Below, piece after piece: positions 1 to 19,970 of a stretch of DNA of 64,000 nt; position 1 is the stretch's first letter, and every line of letters starts with the position of its first letter. The position numbers were made by a program, and so were the translations under genes. The stretch spans positions 113,759,731 to 113,823,730 of the forward strand of contig NC_092378.1 in NCBI RefSeq assembly GCF_030028105.1, written 5' to 3'. Under the pieces are notes generated by a model that was given only the letters and a program-made list of their open reading frames with translations, was not told the DNA's origin and made no database searches. The DNA comes from Mobula birostris (lineage: Eukaryota).

Positions 1-2254
1 AGATTGTTTGATGAACCCTATTCTGATCTTGCATTTATTTGCAAAGTGTGACAGGTCTCAATTAAACTCTTCAGCATCACTGATGTCAAAGCCAAAGATG
101 CTAGTACTGAGCAGGGTCACTTGGAGCAATTTTGCTCTCTGCAGTTCAGTCGAATTTTTGTTTGTGATATTAAACTTAGTTTTACACAATGCTGCATAAA
201 ATCTCTTGGAGCCCACTAACTTGAACAAGCATTTTGCACTATAAAAGTGTTTTCTGTTTTTGTCATTGAGAATTGACTAATATGTGAACTGTCAATTTTT
301 CATTGAGTATCTTGTAAAATTAAGTGTTAGAGTTTAGTGTTTTTAAAAACAAAAATTTAGTGTTCCATTTACATTTTGAAAATAAAATGTTACTTGTTAA
401 ATGTATTCTATACAGGTGACAGGCCGATGTGGTTCAATTTTGGTTCGCCTGATCCCTGCCCCATGTGGTACTGGTGTACAGGCAGTCCCTGGGTCACGAA
501 CGAGATCTGTTTCTAAGTCTGTCTTTGTTGAGTTTGTAGGTAAGTCGGAACAGGTACATACAGTTCTTAATTAGCGTCAGTTAGTCAAATGTTTGTCTTA
601 GTATATAGTATGTATTTTACCATTCCATGCAGAGCTTTTCTTTTTCTCATCATAAATGGCCTTGTAGCAGCTGAGGCCCTTAGTAACTGTATGGTAAACT
701 TTAGTGAACCTTTCTGTATTAGGATCTTGCTCCTCTAACTTTGCCATCCCTGCTTCAATGAGACGAAAGGCTTCAGCTATCAAAAACTTTTTCAGTTCTG
801 GAGTTTTTAGGTCCAGTCTTCTTCCTCAGATGCTATCAACAGTTTATCCTTTAAAATTGTTCCGATCATTGACCGACTGTAGCCTGATGCTTTTCCAATG
901 ACCGATGGTGTTTCACCTCTTTCCGATCGCTTTATTATTTCCACTTTATTTTCAATTGTGATCGTTTTCCTGTTCTTTGCATCACCAGCACTTGCATCGG
1001 ATTTACGCTTTGGAAGCATGGTCACAAGTGTAAATAAGAGAAAAAATTAAGCCAAATCAAAGTTACACACTCAACACAGTGTTAACGGCAACATGATCTG
1101 ACTTAAAATAGCAGATGGCTTTCTCCTTCCTCAGGCCAACGAACTGCTGAAGCCACACATTGTCTTCATGAGCATCACAAAGTAGTGCGTGCATTCATTG
1201 TTACGAACCATTGTATTTAACTAAAATTTTTAATATAATAGGCTTTATAGCAGTCCGTTCATAACCCAGATGCCTGTAGTCTCAGCACTGGTACCCAAGA
1301 AACTACTCCAGATGGCTGGTACTGATGATTGCTACACCTCAGCCAGAGGCTGCACAGCTACGCCGGGCAACTTTGGTAAGTCAGAATCCTGATCTTGGCA
1401 AAAGCATCTCTGCTTATTTTTATGTGTAACTTTCGTGGAAAAAGTTGTGAATCACTTTATGTTGGAGTTGTAATTGTTTGAAGGTAGAACAATATGAAAT
1501 GCAAGCAAACAACAGGAATTCTGCTAAATTATTTGTTTACTGACACCACTGCTAGTAGTAGTTGGAAACCATTATAAATTATGTGACTTTATCACTTAGT
1601 TATGCTTGGTATAAAATGTTTTTTGTGTGTCTCAGTTCTACATAATTTAACCTGCTGGTCTGTAATAGTGAGAGAGGGAAATGGAAAAAAAAGTTTTTTT
1701 TAAAAAAGGTGAACACTGAATTTCAAGTTTCATTTTTGAAACTAACTGAATTGGCCAAATTTGTTTTGCTTATTTACAGCTAAAGCTACCTTGGATGCCA
1801 TCTCTGACTTACAGCTATCTAACCCCAGATCTTTGGAAAGAGACTGTATTTACCAAGGCTGCTTACCAGGTAACCAAAGTCATCTATAAAGACCTTTGAG
1901 AGGTTCTGATATGTGTATAAAGTCACAAGTTTGTTTTAGTATTATTGACTTAAACTGAATGTAGTGGAACATGATTATAAAAATAAAGTGATTTGCAATT
2001 TTTAAAAAAATTCAGTCATTTAACTTTTCAATGTCAGTACTAAATTGAACCATGCATAATAAATTACATTTTTAATTAACTTCTAGGTAATACACTTTCA
2101 TTTGTATTTAGTGTTGGTATCTGTTTCATTGGTCAGCATTACCAGCTTTCAAATATTTGTTTTTCCTTTTTAGAAGTTCACTGATCACCTGGCCAAAACT
2201 CACACCCGTGTGTCTGTTCAGAGGTACCAGTCTGCAGTTGCTCAAGCAACATAA
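1..2254 (+). pseudogene. RPS2: Intron-containing partial RPS2 duplicate (last three coding exons), pseudogenised
   Basis: Position 1 aligns to 15034 of the intact gene. Exon copies lie at 416-1375 (split by a transposon), 1780-1869 (2-nt deletion, tctctgac vs tctctaagac, a frameshift) and 2174-2254. There are several missense changes and the AATAAA is deleted. Homology to the flank continues to about 2820. Confidence 0.92.
479..1276 (-). mobile_element. Internally deleted pogo/Tigger-like DNA transposon
   Basis: TA TSD at 477-478 and 1277-1278. TIRs caggcagtccctgggtcacgaac / gttcataacccagatgcctg. ORF 807-1025 resembles a CENP-B-type HTH (RKTITIENKVEIIKRSERGE); ORF 598-783 resembles a Tigger C-terminus. 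Confidence 0.88.
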
Positions 2255-3756
2255 GCATGTATGAAAGAACTGATCTTGTGTTACTGCGTTGTGTTATGAT
2301 GAGTAATAGATTTTGAATGAAGTATGTAGGAAGTTATAAATTACTTGCCAAATTATTTTTATATGGCATGGGTATACAGGTAATATCAAATATAGTTGCA
2401 TTTTATATAATACCCTTTGGCTCTGTTGGGTGTCAATCAGGAGTTGTGAAAGGAGTCTCTGCCCTCCCTCTGACCAAGTGATGATAAACCTGATTCAGAT
2501 ATGGGTCTCTTTTTTTCTACTGAGTGGAAAGGGGAATCATGGTTGGGAAAAGGGGAAAAGAGTGGGAAGCACCAGAGGCATCCTGTAATTATCAATAAAC
2601 AAATTGTTAGAAATCCAATTTTCATGTGATTATATTTCTTTTTGTTGAATGGCAGTTATTGAATTTGCAAACTTTAATAAAACAATTTTATAGATTGTAT
2701 TTTGTAATAGATCCATGACCAGGTGCCCTGCATCAGCATCCTTATGATCCATATAAGTTCCTTGGTTTATGTATATTCATCTTTACTGTGCAAAATGTAG
2801 AATTCAGTGTATTGAATTGATCTGCAAACCCACTGAAGCTCCATTTAATTATTTATTGACCTACGATGTGGAGCAGGCTCTTCTAGCCACACTGCCCACT
2901 AATTTTCTCGTCTATTGTGATAGAATTACTTCTGAACAGCATGTATATGCCAACTACATTTTGAAAGCTGGTTTCATGTACCACAATGAATAGCTCTAAA
3001 AGACTGGTGCTCTAAAGTGTTATAGCACTACTTCCGAACATCTGTATCTCACATTCTTGTTCAAGAATCAATACTTAAGATATTACCGATAAAACTTGTG
3101 GTTTGACAAGTTTAGAACACTTGGAAAGAGATCCAACAGGCACTTCAGAGGCTGAAGTCCATTTATTCCATCACCCCAGTTCTGCATGATCTAATAACAG
3201 ATTTAGACACCTGGCTTTCAACTGTCAAGTACCAAAGTTTAATTTCATTCCCAAGCTATAGCAAAATCATCGTGATTGTCAAGCATTCCATTGCATTAGT
3301 GCAAAGCAAAAAAACCTTCACGTGCCCAATATTTGAAATTAAGCAGAAAATGATCAGAAACATCATGGTCAAGCAACACTCAATTTATATCTGAAACACC
3401 TGACATCTCGACAAACACCTTTTCTCAGACTATGAGCAGTTCTTTATATTATTAAAAAAAGTCAGAACAGAGCGACAAAGGGATCATCAAGACAAAGTGC
3501 AATCATTCCTTCCCACATTAGTCAGAAAACCAGCAGCAATGAAAGTATTAATTCAAGGTTGTTTTCTAATGTAGTCAAAAGATAGTGCTTAATTGAAAGA
3601 ATAATGACAAAAACATCAAGCTATTCAACATGTCCACTATTATTTTATTTCACTTCTAACAGCTAACATATTTCACCTAATCTCAGTACAAGTCTCTAAT
3701 TTAGTTTTAAGAGCATTATACAATTCAGGAATGGTAAATATACTGTTTCAATATCC

Positions 3757-4869
3757 ACTCAGGTGTGGAACCCAGTGTAGTCTTCTGATGCTGTAACCCA
3801 TCCACTTCAAGATTCAGTGTGTTGCATGTTCAGAGATCCCTTCTGCACATCACTGTTGTAACAGCTATTTCAGTTACTGTTGCCTTTACATCCGCTTGAA
3901 CTAGTCTGGCCAAACGCCAGACCTAATTAACAAGGCATTTTCACCCACAGAACTGCCGCTCAAAGGAGGATTTCTGTTTTTTTTACACCACTCTTTATAA
4001 ACTCTAGAGACTGTTGTGCATGAAAACCCCAGGTCAGCAGTTTTTGAGATGCTCAGACCACTCAGCCTGGCACCAATAAGAATTTCACGTTCAAAGTCAC
4101 TGAGATCACATTTCTTCTCCGTGCTGCTGTTTGGTGAGAACTGTACTTCTTGACCATTAAAAGATGTACGATGGCATGCAAAAGTTTGGGCACCCCAGGT
4201 CAAAACAGGACTCCCCCCAAATGCATCAGGCTTGTTTAGAAGTTCCTTTGCAAACCTCTGACACTGAATTTTGTGGCGAGGATGCAGGAAAGGTTTTCTT
4301 CTGATGACTCTTCCATGAGTCATATTTGTGCAGGTGTCGCTGCACAGTAGAACAGTGCACTACCACTCCAGAGTCTGCTAAATCTTCCTGAAGGTCTTTT
4401 GCAGTCAAACGGGGGTTTTCATTTGCCTTTCTAGCAATAATACGAACAGTTCTCTCGGAAAGTTTTCTTGGTCTCCCAGACCTCAACTTGACCTCCACCG
4501 TTCCTGTTAACTGCCATTTCTTAATCACATTACGAACCGAGGAAACTGCTACATGAAAACGCTTTGCTATCTTTTTATAGCCTTCTCCTTTTTTGTGGGC
4601 ATCAATTATTTTAATTTTCAGAGTGGAAGGCAGCTGCTCAGAGGAGCCCATGGCCACTGATTGATGGGACAAGGCTTGACGCGTCAGGGTATTTATAAAG
4701 CTTTGAAATTTGCATCACCTGGCCTTTCCTAACGCTGACTGTGAACAAGCCATAGCCCTAACAAGCTAAAAGGTCTGAGACCTTGGTAAAAGTTATCTGA
4801 GAGCTCAGATCTCTTGGGGTGCTCAAATGTTTGCATGCCACTGTACCTAACAAAGTGGCCACTGAGTGT
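3757..4869 (-). mobile_element. Non-autonomous Tc1-like element hosting a second Tc1 insertion
   Basis: HTH remnant DLSDFEREILIGARLSGLSISKTADLGFSCTTVSRVYKEWC. Right end tacctaacaaagtggccactgagtgt. Left boundary approximate. Confidence 0.7.
4169..4843 (-). mobile_element. Internally deleted Tc1 transposon
   Basis: About 28-bp TIRs (cgatggcatgcaaaagtttgggcacccc / ggggtgctcaaatgtttgcatgccactg) with TA on both sides. ORF 4226-4672 is a Tc1 N-terminus with paired-like HTH and GRPRK; the DDE domain is missing. Confidence 0.9.
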
Positions 4870-7632
4870 GATCATGCTCTTGTGAAAACAATGGGCACAC
4901 TTCAATCCATTAAACTTCAGACCTGTAACAAGAATGAAAAAAGGTAAGTACTTCTCTTCAAATTACAATTTAACAATTAATCAGACCTTATGTACAATGG
5001 AATCCCAAGTTCAAATGACCTTATAACCTTGCACTTTATTTACCTGCACTGCACCTTGTAATCACAACACTAATCAGTACTGTTATTGCTTTTCCCTTGT
5101 ACTAATTTAATGTAATTATGCCATGGACTTGCCTGTATAGATAGCCTCCAACAGCAAACGTGACAATAAACCACTTTAAACTGCTGAATAAAAAACTGCA
5201 ACAGAAGTGCTCAGCAGGTCAAGGAAAATCAGAACAGAGTTAACATGACTCTGGGAAGGGAAAATAAAGTTACAGAGGATGGAAGGGCAATAGACCCTTG
5301 TTTCTAATAGTACAAGGCTCAGGTCTTTGAAATTCTAAGAGACCACCCAGTCAAATTAACAGGTGCAGTTAGAAAGAGCACAGAAGCTATGAATAGGGCA
5401 GCAAGAACAAAGCACAAGTTGCAAAATAGTGATTTTTTTTCCAAGTGGGGGATTAACCATTACATTTTAAAGGTGAACAGATAATCTATCCTGGTGTGGG
5501 ACAGTGCAATAAGGTCAACACTATTGGTAGTAATGCAGGTGGATTGAAGAGTCACACCTCTGGAACAGAGAACACAGTTTGTATTAACATACCGGGCAAA
5601 CCTACAAGGGCATTACAAAGCAGCAAACGTGACAATAAAACAGCAAAGCAGGCAACAAGATGAGAAGTGTATATCTAAATTACAGTAAAGGTGAAACAAA
5701 AATCATTAAAAGTGAAACAAATAAGTAGATAAAACAAAGGAATGAAGAGAACAGAAAGACATCTTTATAATATCAAGTAGTGGGAAGGTTGAGAAATGCA
5801 GGACGGGGTTAATATTGAGCTTGAGGTTTGGGTGCATAAAGAAACACAAGAAAGTCTGCATTGGCTGGAAATCCAAAGCAACACACAAAATACTGGAGGA
5901 GCTCTGGTCAGGCAGGATCTATGGAAATGAATAGTCAAATGTCAACTATCTGTTTATTTCCTTGGATGCTGCCTGACCTGCTGAGTTGCTCCAGCGTTTT
6001 CTGTTGTTTCTAATAAACAAATGGCAGGTGCAAGTACTGTAATCAACAGTTAAGTATGTACTAATAGTATCAATATTATCAACAGGATGCTTGATTTTAA
6101 AGTTATTACAGAATAGAACACTAACAGTATTTTGCAGAAAGGATCTCAGGATCATTGCTTTAAATATATAGTGCAGTTTTTAAAGAATACAGGTTTTTTT
6201 TAAAAATATAGAATTTGATTCAAATAAACATATAGGATTTAGATATCCTGACTCACACTCCAGTTCAGAAGGTGGCACTAAGATTGTAGGACTTACAGCC
6301 ATTGTCAGCTGTGAAAGCCAGGAACTAAGCGACTGTACACAAAAGAACAGTATGAGGGACAAGAACAGGGCTGGACAACCAAGAGAAAATTAGGCCCACA
6401 ACCAGGACAGTGTCCAGCAAGTTCAGAAATTTAGATGGAAAGAAGAATATTTGATCAGCAATAGATCAAAAGGGCTGCTTCTGTGCTGCCAATTATGTAA
6501 AACATTTGTTGTCAGTTCTGACAGAAGTCATCAATCCAAAACATTAAAGCCATTTTCCTATCAAGATATCACTTGGATTTTAACATTTTTTGACCTTTCA
6601 ACATCCTTCCTTACTGTCCATTTATTGGTATGCGGGTTTTATCAGCCACAAATAAGAACAGTGGACAATAAGCTTAGCATACCAGTTAATTTTGGCACAC
6701 TTATCTTACCAACAACAATAGATAATGCTGTTGGTAACTTTCAGAGTATGCCACACTCAAACTGGTAAGCCACTCAACTGTAAACAATGACAGCACCATG
6801 AAACACTGCTTGTTGTCCTTTTAGTCACTGCCGATATCAAAACAAACTTTGAAGTATCTATATACACACTACCTTGTGAAAAGGAAGCAACACCAACAGG
6901 AAGGTACCAAATGATAGCACTCCATTTAACGTACTTCATATTAAATCAAAATGCTGGAAGAACTCAGCGGTTCATGCAGAATGCCTGGGAGAAAAAAAGA
7001 AACCACCACCCTTCAAGATCCTTTATCACTCTTCCAACAGATTGCTGCCGAAGGCGGTGGTATCGATCATTAAGGACCATCATTAATGATCTAATTAATG
7101 AGGGCTCATCATTGGGGATGTGCCCTCTTCTCATTTCTACCATCGGGGAGAGGCCCACACTCAGCAATTAGAAACAATCTCTCCCCCTTCCCCCCTCCAC
7201 ACTATCAGATATCCAAAATTCATGGATATAACTTCGTTTTGTGCTGTACTATTTTGTAGTTCAGAACAACACTCTGTACCTTTAAACTACACTGTTCCCG
7301 TAAAATGGCTTTCACAACTACATTATAGATAACAAAGAGAACAGATTATTTTAATTAAAGCTCAACAGGTGCAAACGCTCACACTGTAACCTTAAAAATG
7401 ATTTAGAAAAAAAATTCTCCCCCACCATCAAATTTTGAACCGCTCGTCAATATCGTTCTGCACCATCTATTTTATAGTCTAACATGTTAAACATATTTGT
7501 ATGCGCAACACCTGATACTGCAAATAAGCGTTTTCGATAATGAGGTGCACTGCTGCAAAACCACAATTTGTAGTTTTATCCCGTGAATTATCAGACATTT
7601 ACCTCACCTTCCTTAGACTGCGACACAAGAGG
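4870..7632 (-). ncRNA. Putative SNHG9-like spliced non-coding gene divergent from RPS2
   Basis: Minus-strand TATAAA at 7661-7656, pyrimidine start CCTCTT at about 7632, donor AAG|GTGAGG at 7608. Candidate short exons 6777-6710 and 6332-6297 and an acceptor at 4922, all with AG/GT. The position is syntenic with human SNHG9. The 3' end is unknown. Confidence 0.5.
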
Positions 7633-7854
7633 CCGCAGCACCGCCGAGCTACCGATTTATACCGCTACAGCGTCGTCACCACACCTCGTTCCCCACCCCA
7701 ACACTGAATAACACATTAATACAAGCTTGTTTGAGGCCGATGAATTGCTCCATGCTCGGTCTGGGCCTGATAATCTGTTGGTTAATCTCGCGAGATCTCG
7801 GAAGCTTTAATAGACGCGCGGGCCGGAGTTCGGCCTTCTGTGGAAAATTATCAC
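7633..7854. promoter_or_regulatory. RPS2: CpG-rich bidirectional promoter plus RPS2 non-coding exon 1 (about 7834-7854)
   Basis: Palindromic TCTCGCGAGA motif at 7786-7795, TATA-like tttaata near 7806, pyrimidine start ccttct at 7834 and donor CAC|GTAAGT at 7854/7855. Confidence 0.75.
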
Positions 7855-8952
7855 GTAAGTGGGTTGTTGGGGGAGCCTCGGTAATCGGTGCCATATCCCA
7901 GCCATCTGCCCTTCAGGCTTCCTGTCTAGGCTGGGAAGCATTCTTCTCCAATTAATAAACTTATTTTGTTAGTCTTTTTCGTGTCCGATGAGGATCTAAT
8001 TGATGGTGAGGTGTTTAATAGTGACCGAGTTCTGGGGCTTCTATACCCCGGTTAGGCCAAGAGCCGGACTGGATGAGCAACCGCGTTGATTTCCGTACAG
8101 TAGTGGATTGTATCGGTTTTCTTGCATGAAAAATAGCTCACAGCCCTAACTTAAAGGGAATCAAATTTCACGTAAGATTTATGTGACTAGGCTTCGGTAG
8201 AAAGATGCATCTAAGGAAATTAAGCTGTAAAATCTTTGCTTTCACTTGAATCGACTTCACATCCACGCCTTTATTAACATATTCAGGAAGTGTGATGAGA
8301 CGACGCTTTATACTTTTGCAGTTAGCATTTTGTTTAAAAATACAACAGCGTATTCGAGTACAAAGTGCAGTGATTACAGGTGGAATTGGTATTGGTGTCA
8401 TGCTCGATGTTTAGCCCTCCGTGTTATTGATGGTGCAACCCCAGCTTGGTTGTGTATTTATTGTAATGAGTCGGAATTTTCAGTAAGTAAATTGGCTGCT
8501 GTTGTCAATGATAGTGACAGGCAAATAATTTTAAAAGTTATTTCATTAAATTCTTTGAGGTCCATTAAGAGTAGGGCAGTACTTCATCCCTTGGTGACTG
8601 AAAATTCCAACCCCTTGTATTTTTTTACTGTACACCAACTGTAGAGACCCTCCCTTAGCATCTGGGAGGTTTGAATCTGTTTCTTTAGTGAGAAACATAA
8701 AAAAGAAGGAATAGTAACTAGAGTTTTGTAATAGTGGGTGATGATTGGATAGTGAGGTACCAGGATGTGATTTATAATAAAATCAGGGGATGCTATACAA
8801 GAACAATTTCATTTATGTAATGATGCATATTTATTGTTTTACTGCTGTGGGCAATTATTGATTTAGATCTGTCTAGAATGTAGATTTTACTCTGCTTTTG
8901 AAATCTGAATGTGTTGCTACTACACACTGATTTATTTTTTGCTTTACAGCAA

Positions 8953-16314
<7,362 letters not shown>

Positions 16315-16332
16315 GCATTTATGAAAGAATGA

Positions 16333-16338
16333 AATAAA
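16333..16338 (+). terminator. RPS2 polyadenylation signal
   Basis: AATAAA 18 nt after the stop codon, with a GT-rich tract downstream. Confidence 0.8.
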
Positions 16339-16507
16339 ATCAAATCATTTTCTCATGATCTTGTGTTACTGTGTTCTGTTATGATGACATAGGTTTTGAA
16401 TGAAGTATAAATTGTTTGCCAAATTATTTTTTATATGGCATGGGTGTATAGGTAATATCAAATGCAAATGCATTTGATACCAAGTTTGATATAATTTTAG
16501 GTATTGA

Positions 16508-16712
16508 TCAGGAGTTGTGAAAGGAGTCTGTCCTCCCTGTGGAATGTATGGGTTTTCTCTAGTTTCCTCCCACAGACCAAAGATCTATTGGGTTGTCGGA
16601 CTGGTTAATTGGTATGTAAATTGTTCCATGATTGGGTTAGGGTTATTTGGGTTTCTTGGTGGTTGCTGGGGTGGTGTGACGCCAAGGGCCTACTTTGTAT
16701 CACTAAAATAAA
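16508..16712 (+). mobile_element. V-SINE-like element (related copies at about 18085-18293 and 43165-43440)
   Basis: Core tgggttttctc..gtttcctcccacag(t)ccaaaga shared among the copies. Confidence 0.6.
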
Positions 16713-16869
16713 ATAGTAGTGAATTAAAAATGATAACCAATCTTTAGGAAATAATAATTGTACACAATTTAACTTCCAACTGATACTTTGTGGTTTGTGA
16801 AATCAATTGGGTGTGGGATACTCTGTCCCACTGAAAGCTCATAGGGAAAGACAACAGATGACTGGTTCC

Positions 16870-17460
16870 AATCAGAAGAGAAAACCTGCAGATGTTGGAA
16901 AGCCAAGTAGGGGATTGGTGAAACTGGGAGAAGGGGAAGAGTGAAGGAGATTAAAGGGCTGAAGAAGGGGGAACCTTGATAAACAGAAGGCCATGGAAGA
17001 AAGGGAAATGGGGGGAGTGCACCAGAGGGTGGTGATGGGCAGATGAGATGAGAGAGGGGAATGGTGGGGGTGGAATTATCAAGTTTGAGAAATTAGTGTT
17101 CAAGCTATCAGGTTGGAGGCTACCCACCCAGGTGAAATGTGTTGCTCCTCCAACCTGAATGTGGCATCGTCATAGCAATAGAGGCCATGGACTGACAGTC
17201 CATGCTCCTCTTCCCTGTCCTGAGTTCTATCAGATGCCTCCTCCAGCCTTTTATCTCCTTCAGCAATTGACTTCCCAGCTCTTCATCCCTCCCCTTATGG
17301 TTTCACTCATCATCTACTACCATGTACTACTTGCTCTCCTCCCCTCACCTTACTCTGACTTATCTTTTTTCTCCAGTCCTAATGAAGGGTCTCAGCAGGC
17401 CAGGCAACATCTATGGGAAAGGTGTTCTGGGCTGAGTTCCTTCAGCATTATGTATGTGTT
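16870..17460. mobile_element. Penelope-like 3' fragments in inverted arrangement
   Basis: atcaggttggaggctaccca matches the end of the PLE GIY-YIG region at 27857. Plus-strand terminal piece cagtcctaatgaagggtctcag. Confidence 0.65.
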
Positions 17461-19754
17461 TCTAAAATGAATGTTTCCACTACTAGCCCACTGTTAAAGC
17501 TGTTTCAGTTACCCAAGGCATAGTTAAATTTATTATCCATGTATAAGTCATCGTATATTACCTTGAGTTTCATTTTCTAGCAGCCATTCACAGTAGAACA
17601 GAGACAATAGAATCAATGTGAAACTACACAAAGACTCAGTTACTTAAGCTAGTCAGTTGTATATTCATGGAGCCTCCTGCAATACTAACAAAAGGATGTA
17701 TTTTGGGTGTGTGTCCTTTGAAGGGGTTCTGCTAGCTGGGATGTGCTACCTTCTACCATGTTTTATTTACATATGCAATACTGTATTAATTTGAGTATAT
17801 TCAAAATGTTTAGATGATATTAATCAAAACTAGTTAATTGAAGTGTAAAACAGGAAGTTTCTTGGATTCTTCTGATCTCTTGTTCTTCTTGAGGTTTGCT
17901 GCATTTCCCAGTTATAGCTGCTTTGTGGCTCAGTTGTAATCAGTCACCACAACCCCCTCCAGAATAATTATGAACATACTAGGTATACAGAGGGTACATA
18001 GTCACAAGAAGTTAACATACTGTAAAGTGCAGTGGGATAGGGGGTCTATTCATTCTTGTATTATTTTTCTTTACTGCTTTTTGGGTGGCACTATTACAGC
18101 TCAGCATTCAATCCTGGCATCCTCTAAGGAGTTTGTATGTCCACCCTGTGGAATGTATGGGTTTCTTCCAGGTGCTCCAGTTTCCTCCCACAGTCCATAG
18201 ACGTACTGGGTAGGTTAACTAGTCATTGTAAGTTGTCCTGTAAATAGGTTAGGGTTAATTGGGTGGCATAGCTTTAAGGGCCTGCTAAATAAAAACTATT
18301 TCCTGTCCACAAATCTGTTCTCCCTTTCCTGACTAGTCTATTGGCTGTTCCTTAGATCCTGCCTTTGCTTCAGAAAATTCCTATTTACATTGCTCCATGG
18401 TTTTTGTGCTGTGAATTTTCACGTGATTACATTTATTTTAGTTGAATGGCAGTTACTGAATTTGCAAATCTTTAATAATAAGCCATTATTATTTTATAGA
18501 TTGTATTTTATAATAGATCCATGACCAGGTGCCCTGCATCAGCATTCTTAATGGATCCATACGTTCCTTGGCTTATGTATGTTCATCTTTATTGTGCAAT
18601 GTAGAATTCAATATATTCAATTGATATTTATTGACGTACAATGTCAAGCCAAACTGCCCACTATCACCCCCCCCCCCAATCATAACCTAATCACAGGACA
18701 ATTCACAGGACCAATCAACCCAGCAAATGGTATGTCTTTGGACGATAGGAGGAAACACCAAACTTTTGCAATTGTTCCTTTCCTTTTTTTCCACCCTAAA
18801 ATTGTACAAAATCTTGCTTAAAATGTTGAAAAGAATGTTTCATCTTTAACTTTATGACTTTTGGAAATCAGTTCATCTTCTACTCAACTATTCATAGTAA
18901 CAGGAATTTTGACCAGGGGTGCCCAAACCTTTGTGTGCCACTAAGTAATGAGGTCCATTAGTCCCTATATGTGATGATTTTAATTTACAAAATACAATAA
19001 AACAATCAAATGCTGGAGGAACTCAGCAGGTTAAGCAGCACCTATGGAAATAAATAGTCAACATTTCCATAGATGCTACCTGACCTGCTGAATTGCTCCA
19101 GTATTTTGTGGGAGTATTGTTCTGGATTTTTAGTATCTGCAGAATCTTGTGTTAGCGATAAGTCTATTAGTATACTGAGATAAAAAACTGTACAGAGCAG
19201 GGTGGGAAGGTAGTTGTGAGGCAGGTGCCAAAGGATATTGTGAATGTGTAGGACACTGGCAACTGGAATGCAGGTCCAGAAGAAATAGTAGTATTTTAAC
19301 AATTTTTAAAAATGGCATCTGGAAATATTGGTGCAGTGTTTGGAAGGTGGTATATGAAAAGAATGCATCCAACTACTATCAATTTTCTACTCTATCCCCT
19401 TGGCCCTTGACTTCCTCACAGAATAAACGTTAGTCTACCTAGCCTAATTCTGTTTCTATGTTTTACGGTCTTGCAGTGGGATCTGGGTTCAACCATGATG
19501 CAATGGCGGACCTGACTTGATGGGATAAATGGCCCAATTCTGCTATGTCTTATGGTCTCGAATATATTCAAAGCCAGCTTCTGTCAATAACCAAGATCTT
19601 GTATGTTTCAATAAAATCACAATTTTTCTGAACTCTAGTGAATCCAATATGTTGAACCTCCAATTCTTAACCCTTTCAACCCAGGAATTAGTCAAGTGAA
19701 CCTTCTCCAATGCAAATTTATCCTTCCTTTTAAGACAACAAAAACATACTTGAA

Positions 19755-19970
19755 GCAACACACATCAAAGTTGCTGGTGAACGCAGCAGGCCAGGCAGCA
19801 TCTGTAGGAAGAGGTGCAGTCGACGTTTCAGGCTGAGACCCTTCGTCGGCCTGAAACGTCGACTGCACCTCTTCCTACAGATGCTGCCTAGCCTGCTGCG
19901 TTCACCAGCAACTTTGATGTGTGTTGCTTGAATTTCCAGCATCTGCAGAATTCCTGTTTGTGCTTTTAAA
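19755..19970 (+). mobile_element. Short Penelope-derived fold-back insertion
   Basis: About 84-bp near-perfect inverted arms (19753-19836 / 19846-19929). 15-bp TSD aaaaacatacttgaa (19740-19754, 19971-19985). Sequence matches the PLE terminus at 27426-27520. Confidence 0.9.

Noticed and set aside
5152-5639. 19-bp direct repeat cagcaaacgtgacaataaa at 5152 and 5621
   Set aside because: It resembles a LINE 3' tail motif and the enclosed sequence is not a coherent element, so it could not be supported as a TSD or LTR.
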